Shown: positions 50,306 to 62,400 of the stretch, piece by piece
How the letters are laid out: the number at the start of each line of letters is the position of its first letter
How positions within the stretch are numbered: the first letter of the stretch is position 1
Source of the DNA: Botryllus schlosseri
Lineage: Eukaryota
Assembly: GCA_051294905.1 (NCBI GenBank)
Contig: CM119378.1
Location: 2,296,001 to 2,360,000, forward strand
Length of the DNA stretch: 64,000 nt
Direction of reading: 5' to 3'
Notes under the pieces: generated by a model
Database searches by the model: none
What the model was told of the DNA's origin: nothing
Seen by the model: the letters and a program-made list of their open reading frames with translations, nothing else
Made by a program: the position numbers and the translations under genes

Positions 50306-52108
50306 AACTCTTCATATGCTTTTCGGGACTCGATTACGCTAGGACCACAACTGTTGGAATACCATATATGTCCTGGGCGTGGTAGGGCAACAGTGTTAGT
50401 ATGGCGATAAGTGGGAATTAAGTAGTTCATTTTGAAATACGCTGCTTCTAAGACATTTTGACATCAATGGTGACGCCGAGTCACAAGTCACATATCATTT
50501 TTTAAGATTGATGTTCAATGTTCATAATGAAATAATTATGGTTGGCGCGACATTATATAGCAAAAACATTAAGGGCAAAATATACAACGGCCTATTCCTA
50601 TTTAGGCTACTCTGGTCAGGTCAATTGGTCATGTATGAGTTGTTCTTGTTTATGTTCGGCGTCGAGGGAAACCTAACCTGCAGAAAACCGCTACACTGCG
50701 CTTTTGCCGTTTCCATTTCAGCTTACGTCATGATAATTCACCTCCGTCTGATTTCATTGACTAGGCCTTTTTCGTGCGCGCATAAATTACTCGCCAAGTC
50801 TCTCTTACTGTTCCTCAAGACGAGTCATTTTCAATTCACCACGAGTCAAGCTCAAGTCAGGGCGCAGAGGGTCGGTCGAGTGATAGCAGCTGAGGCTATG
50901 TTACAGCTTTGCTTGGGCTATATCGGATGCGTCGCATTCGTAATGTAATACTCTCTCTTGGCACGAGTATTCAAATTCCCGACCCAATTTTGATAGAAAA
51001 AATCCCGAGTTTTTCGAAAAGACGATGAAATAATGCCTGCCTCGGCCTTATGTAGGGTAACCATATTTTGGAATCGGGAAAGGAGGACACCTTTTCAAAA
51101 TTGGAGTTCCGGAGTAAAATCTGGAAAAAACACTTTGCGTTGGTTGACTAAAAAAAAGGTCGTCACTTTCGTTCGAACCACGAATTTCCTATTTAGCGTC
51201 AGTTATGTCATTGTTCACTCGCATCTATCCACTATCTTACCTCTAAAAGCCTAGAAGCTGTAAAGGGGGAGGAATTCTTAAAAAATAGGACATTTTCAAA
51301 TACCTGAAAAAGGAGGCAGTATGGCTACATAATGACTATGTGACGTGATTACAAGTCGAGTCGCACCAAGGTTGTAATGACCGGAGTCACGATTTTTTGA
51401 TGACTACTTGCCTCTAGTCATTTTCAAAAATGCGTGAAATGACTCAACTTAATTCTTGTATTGACTCGACTTGTGCTAGGACGGCTAAGACAGCCATTTC
51501 ATTGCAACTTCAAAGAATAACAAAATCACCACAAGATTGGTATTTCGTCTATCAGTCCTGATACTTGGAAAACAGGACGATGAATTGTTAGAACTGAGAA
51601 AAATTACGATAATATGCCCTTCTATATCACTCGAGCAGAGTTAAAAGCTAAGTGACTTGAACCGGATAGAACTCAAAACCGAACAGTCAACACAATGACT
51701 CGGACTCGACCCTCTACTCACCGACTTGAAAATGATTCGAGTCAAAACTATGGAAGTGCGATTGAATTTGGACTTGGTTACAACTCTGATTCGAGTCACA
51801 TAAAAATCGCAACTTTGGTCATTACCACCCTGCTGTGCCTGATGTCCTGAGCTCAGGTTGGATCAACACTTGTAATCGAATCAATCTGGTAAATTAACTC
51901 GGCCCAACTATTCAGCTATCATCATAAAGGAATGCCATCACTCAAACATCCATTTAAAAAAAATGCAAGATTGCAACACTATGAAAAGACACAGTTCAAA
52001 CAACTTCGATTGAGTTCAACAAAATTACTTTATTCGAAGATAGAGTTGCTTTGAAACTCCAACGTCACTTGGCTCATCCTTACCAAGCAAAATTACTTGA
52101 TCTTACAA

Positions 52109-52819
52109 CAGGGCTGGCCAACCTTTTCGGCCAAAGGGCCGCATTTGATTGACGAACTTTTGCGCAGGCCACTATCCGCGCGAAGCGCGAAAAATTTTTC
52201 AAGTTCACAGGTCAATAATATTGTCACTTGACTATATTGCAAGCCTGCTGTATATCGCTGGGCTAAGTTTGCGAGGACTGGGCTATTCGGCGCATAGGCA
52301 TAGTATATCGATATCGAAAGCTGTGACCAACATGCGTCAATCATTTCGTGCCTAGGTTTCACGGTGGACGGTCTTACTGCGAGCGCAAACGCAAGGTCGC
52401 ATATGATAAACGACACTTTGTCTCGTAATCGCGAATATAGTTAGACTCAATCTGATACATTAGGTGTTCTTCCATTTTAACAAAAGGGCAACAATATTAA
52501 AAACAAGAAATCGAGTGACAACATATTGCGCTAAGCTTGTAGAAAATATTTACATTTGATTAATCTATCGTAAATTATTCTGCTTTATTGTAGTGTACGA
52601 AGATGTACCAATATGTGAATGGCTGATGGATCTGTCAATGCGTCGGAACTGATATTTTATTCATCACATCTCAAGTATTGCGGCCAGACTAATCAAATTA
52701 ATTGTTGGCCTTGCAAGCTCAAAATCTGTGCAATCCATTTTTGATGATATTAGAAATTTCGGAAATTACCTCGCGGGCCACTCACATGTGGCCCGCGGGC
52801 CACGGGTTGGCCGGCCCTG
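52109..52819. mobile_element. ~710-bp hAT (Buster/Charlie-like) MITE
   Basis: TIR CAGGGCTGGCCAACC...GGTTGGCCGGCCCTG with perfect TSD TCTTACAA. An inverted full-length copy lies at 61192-61889. Confidence 0.92.
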
Positions 52820-53958
52820 TCTTACAAGAATAGCGATAAAACACATTGGAACATACAAAAAGTCACGGTTACATTTCATTTCAGCCGCTAAGACAACTTA
52901 TCACAACACTTGCTACTCTGAAGCATACTTTGACATGAATTTGAACTCAATGGAGACGCGAGACGTGGTGCACAGAGCGCGGTTATAGAAAAACTTGCCA
53001 AAAAACCATGCCAATACACATAATTACTCAAGCAAGTTTGTACAGTGCATGACACGCCAACATCAGAATCGGAGGAATGATACGAAATCGTATCTAATTC
53101 ATGAAACGGAAAATGTATCGATGGAAGAGTAAGATGGATAAACCTTTGAAAAAATAGAAAGTGAAGTTGATTTGTCAATCATAAATAATGATAACATCGC
53201 AATGGCGGATCATTTGTTCCGCACTTGAGTGATTGAGTTCTGAAATGGTTAGCAACTAGACACAACATTCCATTATACAATCAGCTCCATCACTATAATT
53301 TGGTCTTGGTTTAAGTAACGATTACGTACAATAATTTTGATCGGCTATCGCGATTGTAGTTAGCCAATGAACTGAATGCATTTGTGATCAAATTGTCAAT
53401 TGCGTTCATCTGCGCTGTATTCATTTGACTGATAGCGGAAAATATTTCTGTAGACCATTAAGAGTTGACATTAGCAACAAAAATTTGCTGATATTATGAT
53501 AAGGCATAATTAAAATACGGACAGATGCCCTTGAGAAGGCCACGTGACATGCCTGGCTAGTTCTTGAGATGTTTGCCAAGGATAGAGTGTTATAACTTCT
53601 GTGAGTTTTGCGCTCTGATGACACCACTGCCAGATTACCGATTGACACGAAGTATAGTCATAAAAATTTATAATAAAATTTGGCATAGTATGAATACTCT
53701 AATAAAAATTGATAATGGAGTGACCAAGTCATTTTGCCGTGAATTGATGCAACAGCCCTATTGCTATTAGTACATCCATTTATCACAGGACTGAATCAAT
53801 CCATGCAACGCAAGCCTGGGCCCACAGTTCAAGTGCTAGAGGCCGAGTGTTAGTTGGAGCAACATGAGTAAGTTGTGATGGTTGATTTCTTCAATTCTTG
53901 CTAGTAGCAATACCAATTCCTTTGCAATTGAAATTTCTGCACATAAATCTACAAAGAC

Positions 53959-55611
53959 TTAATAATCATCGCCATCGTCTTCATCGTCAGGAAATCCCGG
54001 AAACAAAAACAGTTTTTTCCGCAAAGTTGAGTTTAAGTCGCTCATTACTTTTGCGCCGTCCAGATCCTTATTCTTTTGACTCCGTGCAGATTTTGTAGAC
54101 ATTTCATTGTTCACCATAGTCATCAGTTCCAGAACGTGTTGGTCATGAGCGTGTCTCGAGAATATATTCACGATGGCATTAATGAACCAGCTGCCTTTCG
54201 CATTATTACGGAACGCTTTGAAACCAGCCTGAGTAGCGTACGTTACCAAGCAATCCGAAATAGTCGGTAGTCGATCTGAACGATCTCCTAGAGCGTCTGT
54301 ACCGTCATCATTGTTAGAATGAATCGAGTTTCTAACAGTGTCTTGCAATGACCCGAATGAATCTTGCAATTCGCGGCTATTTTGTGGTGTTCCGGGTGCT
54401 ACACCTTTGTCGAGACCTGTTCCGCGGCAAATCTGGAAGAAAAAAAGCTTGGGAATGCCTTGCAGCTTTCGCGCATTTGCATTGTTGAATATTTCTAGTA
54501 CTATTCGCACTTCAACAAACTCTCCGTCTTCACCATAGAAGACTACTTCACCATTTTCTTGTCCGCCGTGCGACATGATCACAACAACAACGAAATCACT
54601 ATTGTGTGCGGTTGCAGAAGACGCAAATTTTTTTAACCGTGTGATCGAGTCGTGCGCAGGAAGATCTTTTCTTATGATGGTCTTGCAACCAATTTTTTGC
54701 CATAAGCGCTCCATATTGTCGAGGTCACAATGGGAGCCATGGCGCTCATTTTTTCGTCCACGAAACGAGTTATTCATGATCCAAACAGCTCCTTTTGGAT
54801 TGTGGATTATCTTATAAATGTCCTCAACCTCTCCGAAGTGAGACTCATAAAATCCGCTCGTAGACGTTTGAATGTCAATCATGACAGCTTTAGAACAGTA
54901 ATCTTTCAACTTGTCACTGGTTTCTGTAGGTTCTTCCAAACAGTTTGCTGCGGTAACTAAATTGCGAGTAATGTTCTGATGATCTGGGGTAGGTGCATGA
55001 AATGCTTTGTTAGGATACGTTGTTGCTGTCCTCGATTGGACTCTTTCTTCTTTAACTTCCTTGGGGAATGTTTCACTCGATGTTTTGGCGTAGTTTGAAT
55101 CCTCAACTTCGGCGCGACTCAAACTCACACTAGTTGCGATGCTTTCGTTTTCATCGGGGTCAACTGTTGGATTGACAGAATAATTTTGATCAAAGTTGCG
55201 TTGTCGAGGTTGCTCAAAAACACGGGGTGCTTGGTGATAACTAGTAGTAACTTGACTAGGATGTAACATGCCAGCTGACTGCGAAATATCATCCGCCACT
55301 TGGGTGGGCTGATTCCTCGGCACATCGAGATTTGCCGGTACATGCACTATATTAAAATCATCAACAAGTCGATGGAGACGCTCAGATGTTGCTGCCCGGC
55401 CATTTCGCCTCTGCCATAAAGAAAGCATTTGGTACTTCTGTTCTCTATTATCCTTCGGGTGATCCGCGCAAATATCATCTATTTGGTGATTCGGAAGATG
55501 CAAACTGCGACGGGCGAACATCAGCCAATCCTGATTCCTGACACGTGTCATTATACGATAAAACTCGTCCTCGAGCCGCACAGGCCTTGCAGAATTATTA
55601 CGGAGAGCCAT
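53959..55611 (-). CDS. Initiator-type caspase with N-terminal death-fold (death domain-like) prodomain, 550 aa, single coding exon
   Basis: p20 region with R.GS..D, IMSHGG and PKLFFFQICRG; p10 region with YATQAGFKAFR, GSWFI and STLRKKLFLFPG. The N-terminal DW..FAR..L......ID.I..DHP.D..EQ.YQML..W..RNG..AT...L pattern is death-domain-like. TTTTTAAAG acceptor just upstream of the ATG. Confidence 0.92.
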   Translation of the reverse strand: MALRNNSARPVRLEDEFYRIMTRVRNQDWLMFARRSLHLPNHQIDDICADHPKDNREQKYQMLSLWQRRNGRAATSERLHRLVDDFNIVHVPANLDVPRNQPTQVADDISQSAGMLHPSQVTTSYHQAPRVFEQPRQRNFDQNYSVNPTVDPDENESIATSVSLSRAEVEDSNYAKTSSETFPKEVKEERVQSRTATTYPNKAFHAPTPDHQNITRNLVTAANCLEEPTETSDKLKDYCSKAVMIDIQTSTSGFYESHFGEVEDIYKIIHNPKGAVWIMNNSFRGRKNERHGSHCDLDNMERLWQKIGCKTIIRKDLPAHDSITRLKKFASSATAHNSDFVVVVIMSHGGQENGEVVFYGEDGEFVEVRIVLEIFNNANARKLQGIPKLFFFQICRGTGLDKGVAPGTPQNSRELQDSFGSLQDTVRNSIHSNNDDGTDALGDRSDRLPTISDCLVTYATQAGFKAFRNNAKGSWFINAIVNIFSRHAHDQHVLELMTMVNNEMSTKSARSQKNKDLDGAKVMSDLNSTLRKKLFLFPGFPDDEDDGDDY

Positions 55612-56820
55612 TGTCTGCCTTTAAAAATGTAAAATCAATCAAAAACGACACTTCATAGCGTTTTTGGTTTCCTACGGAGTTCCGCAATTTCCACCGACTA
55701 AAATGCCATCTTGCGGCGACTCTTGTAAACCGCCAGACAATCAATCACAGTGGGAATTTGATTACGATAGGCTTTGACGCGATTTTTAATGAGTTAAGTT
55801 CGGTCCAAATTTAATCCTTTCCAATGAAAACTTAATATGCGAATGTAACAAGAAAGCGCCACTGATCTGATCACCGCAATGCTGTATATATCGTAGGATG
55901 AAGTCGAACTTCCAAGACCGACCAGGGACACGATGGTAAAATGTATCTGTAAAAGTACATCCACATATTCCACAACTACATCATTAAATTCTCGAACACA
56001 ACTCGAAAGCACGTATTTCACAGGTATGGGTAACAATGATTGTCATCAGTCTTTTCAATGATAAACATTTTGGCCATTTATTTGCTATTTTATAAACCAA
56101 CACGGTTCGCTAACTTCAGTTGGTTCCGCTTTCAGTGTAATATTCTATAGCATATATAAGCTTTGCATCTCAGCTATAAGTGTAGCTGAGTTTTCGTTAT
56201 ACAAGTGATAACTGAAATTTGCTGTGTATTTCAAGGTCACATCCAATGATATAAATACAATGATTGGAAACTCCCGTGAGCTCTGCGTTTCAGCGTGTTC
56301 CGTGTCACGCTTCATCGCATACACAGTTACGTTGTAAACAAAACCTCCCTCGGCAATACGCCTTTGACGTATTAGCAATAATATGATAAAGTTTGCTTTA
56401 TTACATCATTGGCAGCCAGCGTTAACGTGCTGAATATAGTTTTAGAGACGTATTTCTTTCTAGCGTCTGGTATTCATTCCTGACTAGACCAGCGGACCGC
56501 AGCCGTGGAAGTAGTTTTTTCTCCATCATTCAAGTCGAAATCTCTGCATGTGCATATTACGCTAATTATATCCACATTTAACATGGACTTGATATGTTGG
56601 CAAAATCGATGTCCCAATGAGCCTGCGTGATGTACAATATTGTTTTGCGAAGTTATCAAGCATTTAACAATGGTGGCTAGTAGCCTATGTAATATGGGTC
56701 AGAAGACTCATTTTTAAATTTATTGAGTCAAGGCATTCAGGATAATTTTTATACACTTGCCACTGTCCATTCAAAGTGCAATGTACTTTTTGTATAGGTT
56801 ATACTTTTCATCGTTATAAG

Positions 56821-58102
56821 ATGGCCTCCTCATCTACTTTAACTGTCGTAGTTGACATGGAAGATGCAATGGGAGACGAAATTGAGGCAGTAGCGGAAAA
56901 AAACAGGTTAGCATGCAATATAAGACACATGCCGCAAGTTATTCACCCTCGACACACTTCCAGAGTCGAGCAGCACCATTTATGTGACGGAACTATTTCA
57001 ACAGTTGAAGTTATTATGGACGAAAGAAAGTAATTCTACCGTAGAAGTAATAAATTTCCAATTCAACAATTCAATTCCGCTTCCTTGCAGTTATTTGTCA
57101 AATCAAATGGTCACCAGCAGTTCATCAGAGGGGTATCAATGTAAGTAAGGCGCCACTTAAGGTAGTATTTGTCACTAATGCTTTGATAGAATCAACTACA
57201 AGATATGAAGTACTATTTGGATGCTTTGTATACAGATTGCAGGCTAAAACAAGACCGCATATTCAGTTAAGCATAACTAAATACACAATACAGGCTGATT
57301 TAGGCATTTTGTCCCTTTAGTTCATTCATGAACCTGAATTTCCTAAACAGTTACAGATGATGAAATCAAAAGTGCATGGTCCAGGAGCACCAACGGTCAA
57401 ATACTACCAGACAACTTGTTCAAGTATTTGAAGAACACGATTGAGAAGGCCAGTAGTGGGAGCCAGTTGATGTACATGTTCAGCTGTGATGGTATGACAC
57501 TTCCAGAACAGTTCCCAAGTCAGCCAAGAGTATTTCTACTGCAAAGTGTGCGCAGAGTATTCGACATAGCGTCATCCAAATTTCACAGAAAGAAACCTAG
57601 TAAAAAGGAAGTTAATTGTGACCTTACCAAGGATGAAATGTATATCATACAGTATATTGCTGGCTATATACTTCAGAAGATGAAAAAACGTTGCCGAGAT
57701 ACATACGAATTCGATTTGATATGCCAGTTGATTGAAGACGAGCCTGATGCCAACGTGTCACCAAATTCATTAATATCTGTATTGCAGAATAAGGATTTTG
57801 GCCAGTTGACCGTACCTGTCCAAGGGTTATTAAATGCATTAATGGTTATTGAGACTAAATTTCGATCAGGATACCAACACCATCATATTATTGAAAATGT
57901 TATGCAGGATGTAGATTTGACAACGTTCACGCTAGCACTTCGAAACTCCATAACAAATCAGTTGCTTGAAAAAATCTTTCGTTATTATATCAGAATTCGC
58001 TGCTATCAAAAAGCAAGAGTCATCAACTCAGAACTTCAGAATAATAAGGACCAAAATATTAGTCAACGGAAGGTGTTGAAGTCTATTTGCACCAAGAAGT
58101 GA
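56821..58102 (+). CDS. Second gene of the P element: spliced ~320-aa protein resembling the P/THAP9 transposase C-terminal domain
   Basis: Phase-compatible GT-AG exons at 56821-56906, 56964-57029, 57091-57140, 57236-57265 (optional) and 57351-58102. The last exon has IQYIAGYILQK, LISVLQNKDFGQLTVP, IETKFR, LLEKIFRYYIRIR...AR.IN and QRKVLK. The small 5' exons are less certain than the last exon. Confidence 0.75.
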
Positions 58103-58277
58103 TTTGTACGCAGTTAATACAATGTGATCAATTTTCTTTCTCGAATTCTGAAAAACAGTGCTATAGTGATTCATTGAACAATTGTACCACACGACTACAA
58201 TAAATATGCACAAATGCAATTTACTCGAGCATTTCTGTTCAGTTAATGACACTGCAGTGGGGAGTAGACATTTGATT

Positions 58278-61200
58278 CTACTCAGAAGGCTTTTGACGCT
58301 TGGCATCAGATTGTGTTGAAGCATCAAACAGGACATTTGAACCCCTGGTATTTTTCAAATCTTTTCTGACGCCAATAATTCTTTGCAAATGACCATATCG
58401 CTCCAGGTCCGGGTTTTCACAAGTACCACCAGACTTCCTGATCTGGCCAAAAACGCTTCCAACGGATCCTGATTCAACCTCTTGGTAATAATATAGTAAT
58501 CTGTTGGAAGCAATGGCAGGAATGTCCGAATCAAATTAACGATTGCCATTGTCGTAACTCGAGACCCTCATACGTTTGCCAGCTCAAGAATTTTTTGGCT
58601 TTCTCAGTTGCTGTTCCTCCAGCACAAGAATCTTTCCATTTTCGCATTTGAGGCAAGAAATCATTTTCCAGCCAGTCCAAGCGTGAATCGTCTGGACTGC
58701 AATATGGCCCCAAGTCAGCGTTGTAGGTGAACTTAGTTGACGTATTCATAATGTCGAACCACTTGTTGAAAATACCGGCAAACCATGCAGAAGCTTCCAT
58801 ATCCTCACCTCCCCTCGCTCGCATAATACGCGCAACACTATTAGAGAGAAGCTGAGCGGCAAAAATCACCCGCATCTTCGCAAAGCTTTGCATACGAAAA
58901 TGTGCATCCGTCAATTTGCAGCATCTCAATTCCGTCGTTTCAAACAGTTTGGGAACAGCCGTAAAATGCCGCCATCGAATAAATTTACCATCCTTGTTAA
59001 GAAGTTTCGTACCACCGGTGCGGCTGGCGTAGAGGTTGTTGCGTACGGTTTTTAACAAATGAGGAGGGTCGAAAATCAAAAATATCTCATGCTGGGGGTT
59101 GAATATATTTTGGCATTTGTAAGGAAACCTCAAGTTCAAGTTATTCAGCTCTTGGAACATCTTGCGATTTGCACTGAGTCCATCAGCAACAAACGCAGCT
59201 ACCCGAAATCCACAATCCTCCAAGATGCCGACACATTCCCAGAATATACTTGAAAGTTGAAATGAAGCCACCGACTTCGTTGCATAGTATGCCAAGGGCA
59301 TGGAAAAAGACGTTACCAGGCCCCTAGCATAAACTTGAAGAGCGTGTGTAGCTGGTTCACCAACATCTACAGGTCTCGACTCGCCAAGATCAACGAATCC
59401 GACCATTCTGTCTTTCATTGTACTGAATACAATATTCTCTTTCACTGAAAATGCAAAATCAGAAATAGTTAGACACATGAAACATCACATTGAACAGCAT
59501 CGCTGAAGCTATAAAGTACGGTAGCTATGAAGTGATGATCCAGCACAATCTAGCCAATAAATGATTCAAGCTACAAAGTTAGATACCTTTTATCTCATCC
59601 ATGGATAATACAAGAAGACGTTCATGCTCTTCCATCGACCTAGATTTCTCCTTCAACTGTTGTATAGTACTATCCAAGAATCCGGGTGATGAGCTATGGA
59701 CACTTCTATAAGAACAAAAACGAGATTTGACAATTGGATCTGGGCGGAGGGCACGCTAGTACATATGTGCAAAAGTTTGGGGCATAAACATCATATATCG
59801 TGTATGAGACACGTACGGAAGAAATGATAAGATCGTGGGTGGGGTAAAACGCCGCATACAAGTTTAACAGTGAAGGAAACCAACCGGTAATTGAAAAGTG
59901 TTCTCCTACTAGGTAGTACTAGCAGACCAGTATCGCGAAGCTGTTCGTAGGCACTGCTACTTTTCATGGCCAATGTGAGACAAAACCTGCAAGGTATGCA
60001 TCAATTACCGTAACACCCATTCTGGCCAATTTACCTAGAATGATACCTTATCAAATCGGGATGAAATCTTCTGCCTTGTTTCGACGAGTTGTTGAGCTTT
60101 GCTTGCTCTTGCCAAAATAACTGGTAGAACGGCGGAACTTCATTTTTCCGTAAACCTAAACGATATCAAGGTTGAAAAGAGCAGTTCTTAAAATCATGCA
60201 CACTCAAACCTTCTGAAAATATTGTCTCCATGTCCACGCACAGGCCAGAATCAAGCCGTAATTGTGAGTTGTCACTTTCAAGGCGACTCACGATTTGTTC
60301 CAACCACTCTATCCTTGAAAGGTATGAATTTTAAAATATTTCAAGAGCAAATTTTAAACAATTGTATTTCTCATACTTTTCTTCCTGTGTCCTAATTGTT
60401 GCAACAGTCCTGCTAGGTAGGCTTTTTGTGGTTGCATGATACAGAGGTTCATTTTCAACCTCTTTTCTGTAGTGAGTGTTTCTTGCTTTTAATTTTCTCA
60501 AACGTCGCTCAGCATCAAGGCAGGGTTTGCATTTATCGCCATGGAGGATGAACACCTCACATCTTCTTGACCTTCATATAAGTATTTCAGATTTTACTTG
60601 GCATATCTAGAAAATCAGAGGGACAAACTTACCTTTGAGCGATTAGGTAGGTACTTGGTGGAGGAGGAACTGCAAGCATTTCATCTAAGGAATCATACAA
60701 CATTCCTTGGTGCTTGATAACATCAGGATTTTCCAAATCGTAATCGGTCTCGGTTGCGATTCCTCGGCAAATAGAAAAGTTCGACACAGTACGGATGATT
60801 CCAGCAAGAGTAGTTTTTCCCACATCAATCGATTCAATGGCACCCCCAGTATTTGAAAACCAGCCATAGTAGGCAGCATGAATCATCAAAGAATCATTTA
60901 TTTTGATGAGAATCTTTGGAAATACCCCAATGCTTGAATTCGAGTGGATTACAATATGGTTATTTCTCATCTGGAACTGCCACGACTCAGGAAGATAACG
61001 AATTGCGCTTTTTTCAATGTCCTTCAAATTATTGTGGTATGTAGCTTGTTCCAATTTCCTCTCAGTTGGAGGTGGTCTCTGCGGCGTTTTCTTCACACAG
61101 ACACTCTTTACAGGCAAATTCAAGGTTGGAATTGCTCCAATTTTCAAATTGATCGATTTGTGTCCTGTTTGCAAAAGCAAATGCATTAAATCAGAGTCGG

Positions 61201-62255
61201 CCAACCCGTGGCCCGCGAGAAGGTTTTTGAGTGGCCCGCGAGGTAATTTCCGAAATTAGTAATATTATCAAAAATGGATTGCATAAATTGTGAACTTGCA
61301 AGGTCAACTAAAAATTTGATTAGTCTGACCGCAACACTTGAGATGTGATGACTAAAATATCAGTTCCGACGCATTGGCAGATCCATGAGTCAGTCACATT
61401 TTGGTAGATCTTCGCACACTACAATAAAGCCGAATTATTTGCGATTGGCTTATCAAAAGTAAACATTTTCTACACGCTTCGCGCAACATGTTGTCACTTG
61501 ATTCTTTGCTTTTAATATTGTTACCTCTTTGTGAATATGAAAGAACTCCCAATGTATCAGATGAGTCTAACTATATTGGTGATTACGAGACAAAGTGTCG
61601 TTCAGCATATGCGACCTTGCATTTAGACCGTCGACTATGAAACCTAGGCACAAAATGATTGAGGCATGTTGGTCGAAAAGCTTTCGATATCGATATGTTT
61701 AGTCACCGAATAGTCCAGTCATTGCAAACTGAGCCCAGCGATATATACAGCAGGCCCGCAATAGAGTCGAGTGACAATATTATTGACCTATGAACTTCTA
61801 AAAATTTTCACGCTTCGCGCAGCTGGTGGCCAGCGCAGTAGTTCGTCAATCGAATGTGGCCATTTGGCTGAAAAGGTTGGCCATCCCTGCATTAGACATT
61901 AAATCGAAACTCGTTTTGTCAGTCTAACCAGTCAACTACCATTGGAATAAAAATATATAGTCAAGTTAGCCTACCAATCTGTAGAACTTATGCAATGATG
62001 AAGGGTACGGTATAGAATCATTTCCTCACCTTTCAACAAATCGGATGACGCGAAATGAAGCTCGCAAATCTTTAAATCGTCTCTTTTATACAATTGATCC
62101 AGCCACTGATCTTGACGCATGCTTCTAATAAATTTCTCAAAGTTTTCAGCCCATTCATATTTGGCGCCAGTACAAAAACGTTTTGCTGGAACTTTGAACA
62201 AATGCGCATTGGCAGAGGTTTTAGCACACCCTGGTATGCAACACTGCCTGCCCAT
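58278..62255 (-). pseudogene. THAP-domain P-element (THAP9-like) transposase, 8 exons, with two 1-nt frameshifts in the last exon
   Basis: Exons 62255-62030, 61164-60633, 60571-60377, 60313-60210, 60155-60047, 59986-59885, 59705-59587 and 59444-58278; all GT-AG and phase-compatible. THAP C2CH (CCIPGC...W...ICELHF...AIPTL), LFWQEQ..GRRFHP, SAYEQLR..LPSRRTL, catalytic SMDEIK / VADG / NQDPLE, and DPPHLLKTVRNNL. Frameshifts at ~58555 and ~58450. Confidence 0.9.
61192..61889. mobile_element. hAT MITE inside intron 1 of the P transposase
   Basis: Inverted copy of 52109-52819 with termini CAGAGTCGGCCAACC...GGTTGGCCATCCCTG and flanks CATTAAAT/CATTAGAC. Confidence 0.88.
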
Positions 62256-62337
62256 GCTGACGTAACCAACTATTCATCTATCAATTAACTTCAAGAAAAA
62301 TAGTTATAATTGTGAATAGTCAATAAAATTGCTTTCT

Positions 62338-62400
62338 GAGAGAGAGAGTCTTCATTTTCATCCAACCAAAATACATAGCAAACGGCAGTGATTGTAGCAA
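62338..62400 (-). repeat. Short (CT)n-tailed retroposon 3'-end fragment
   Basis: (AG)n followed by TCTTCATTTTCATCCAACCAAAATACATA, matching 17641-17705. Confidence 0.6.

Noticed and set aside
42020..51254. Medium ORFs such as 42020-42547 (175 aa), 42052-42420, 49858-50193 and 50508-50948
   Set aside because: They lie largely within or across MITE/SINE sequence and show no protein-family motifs.
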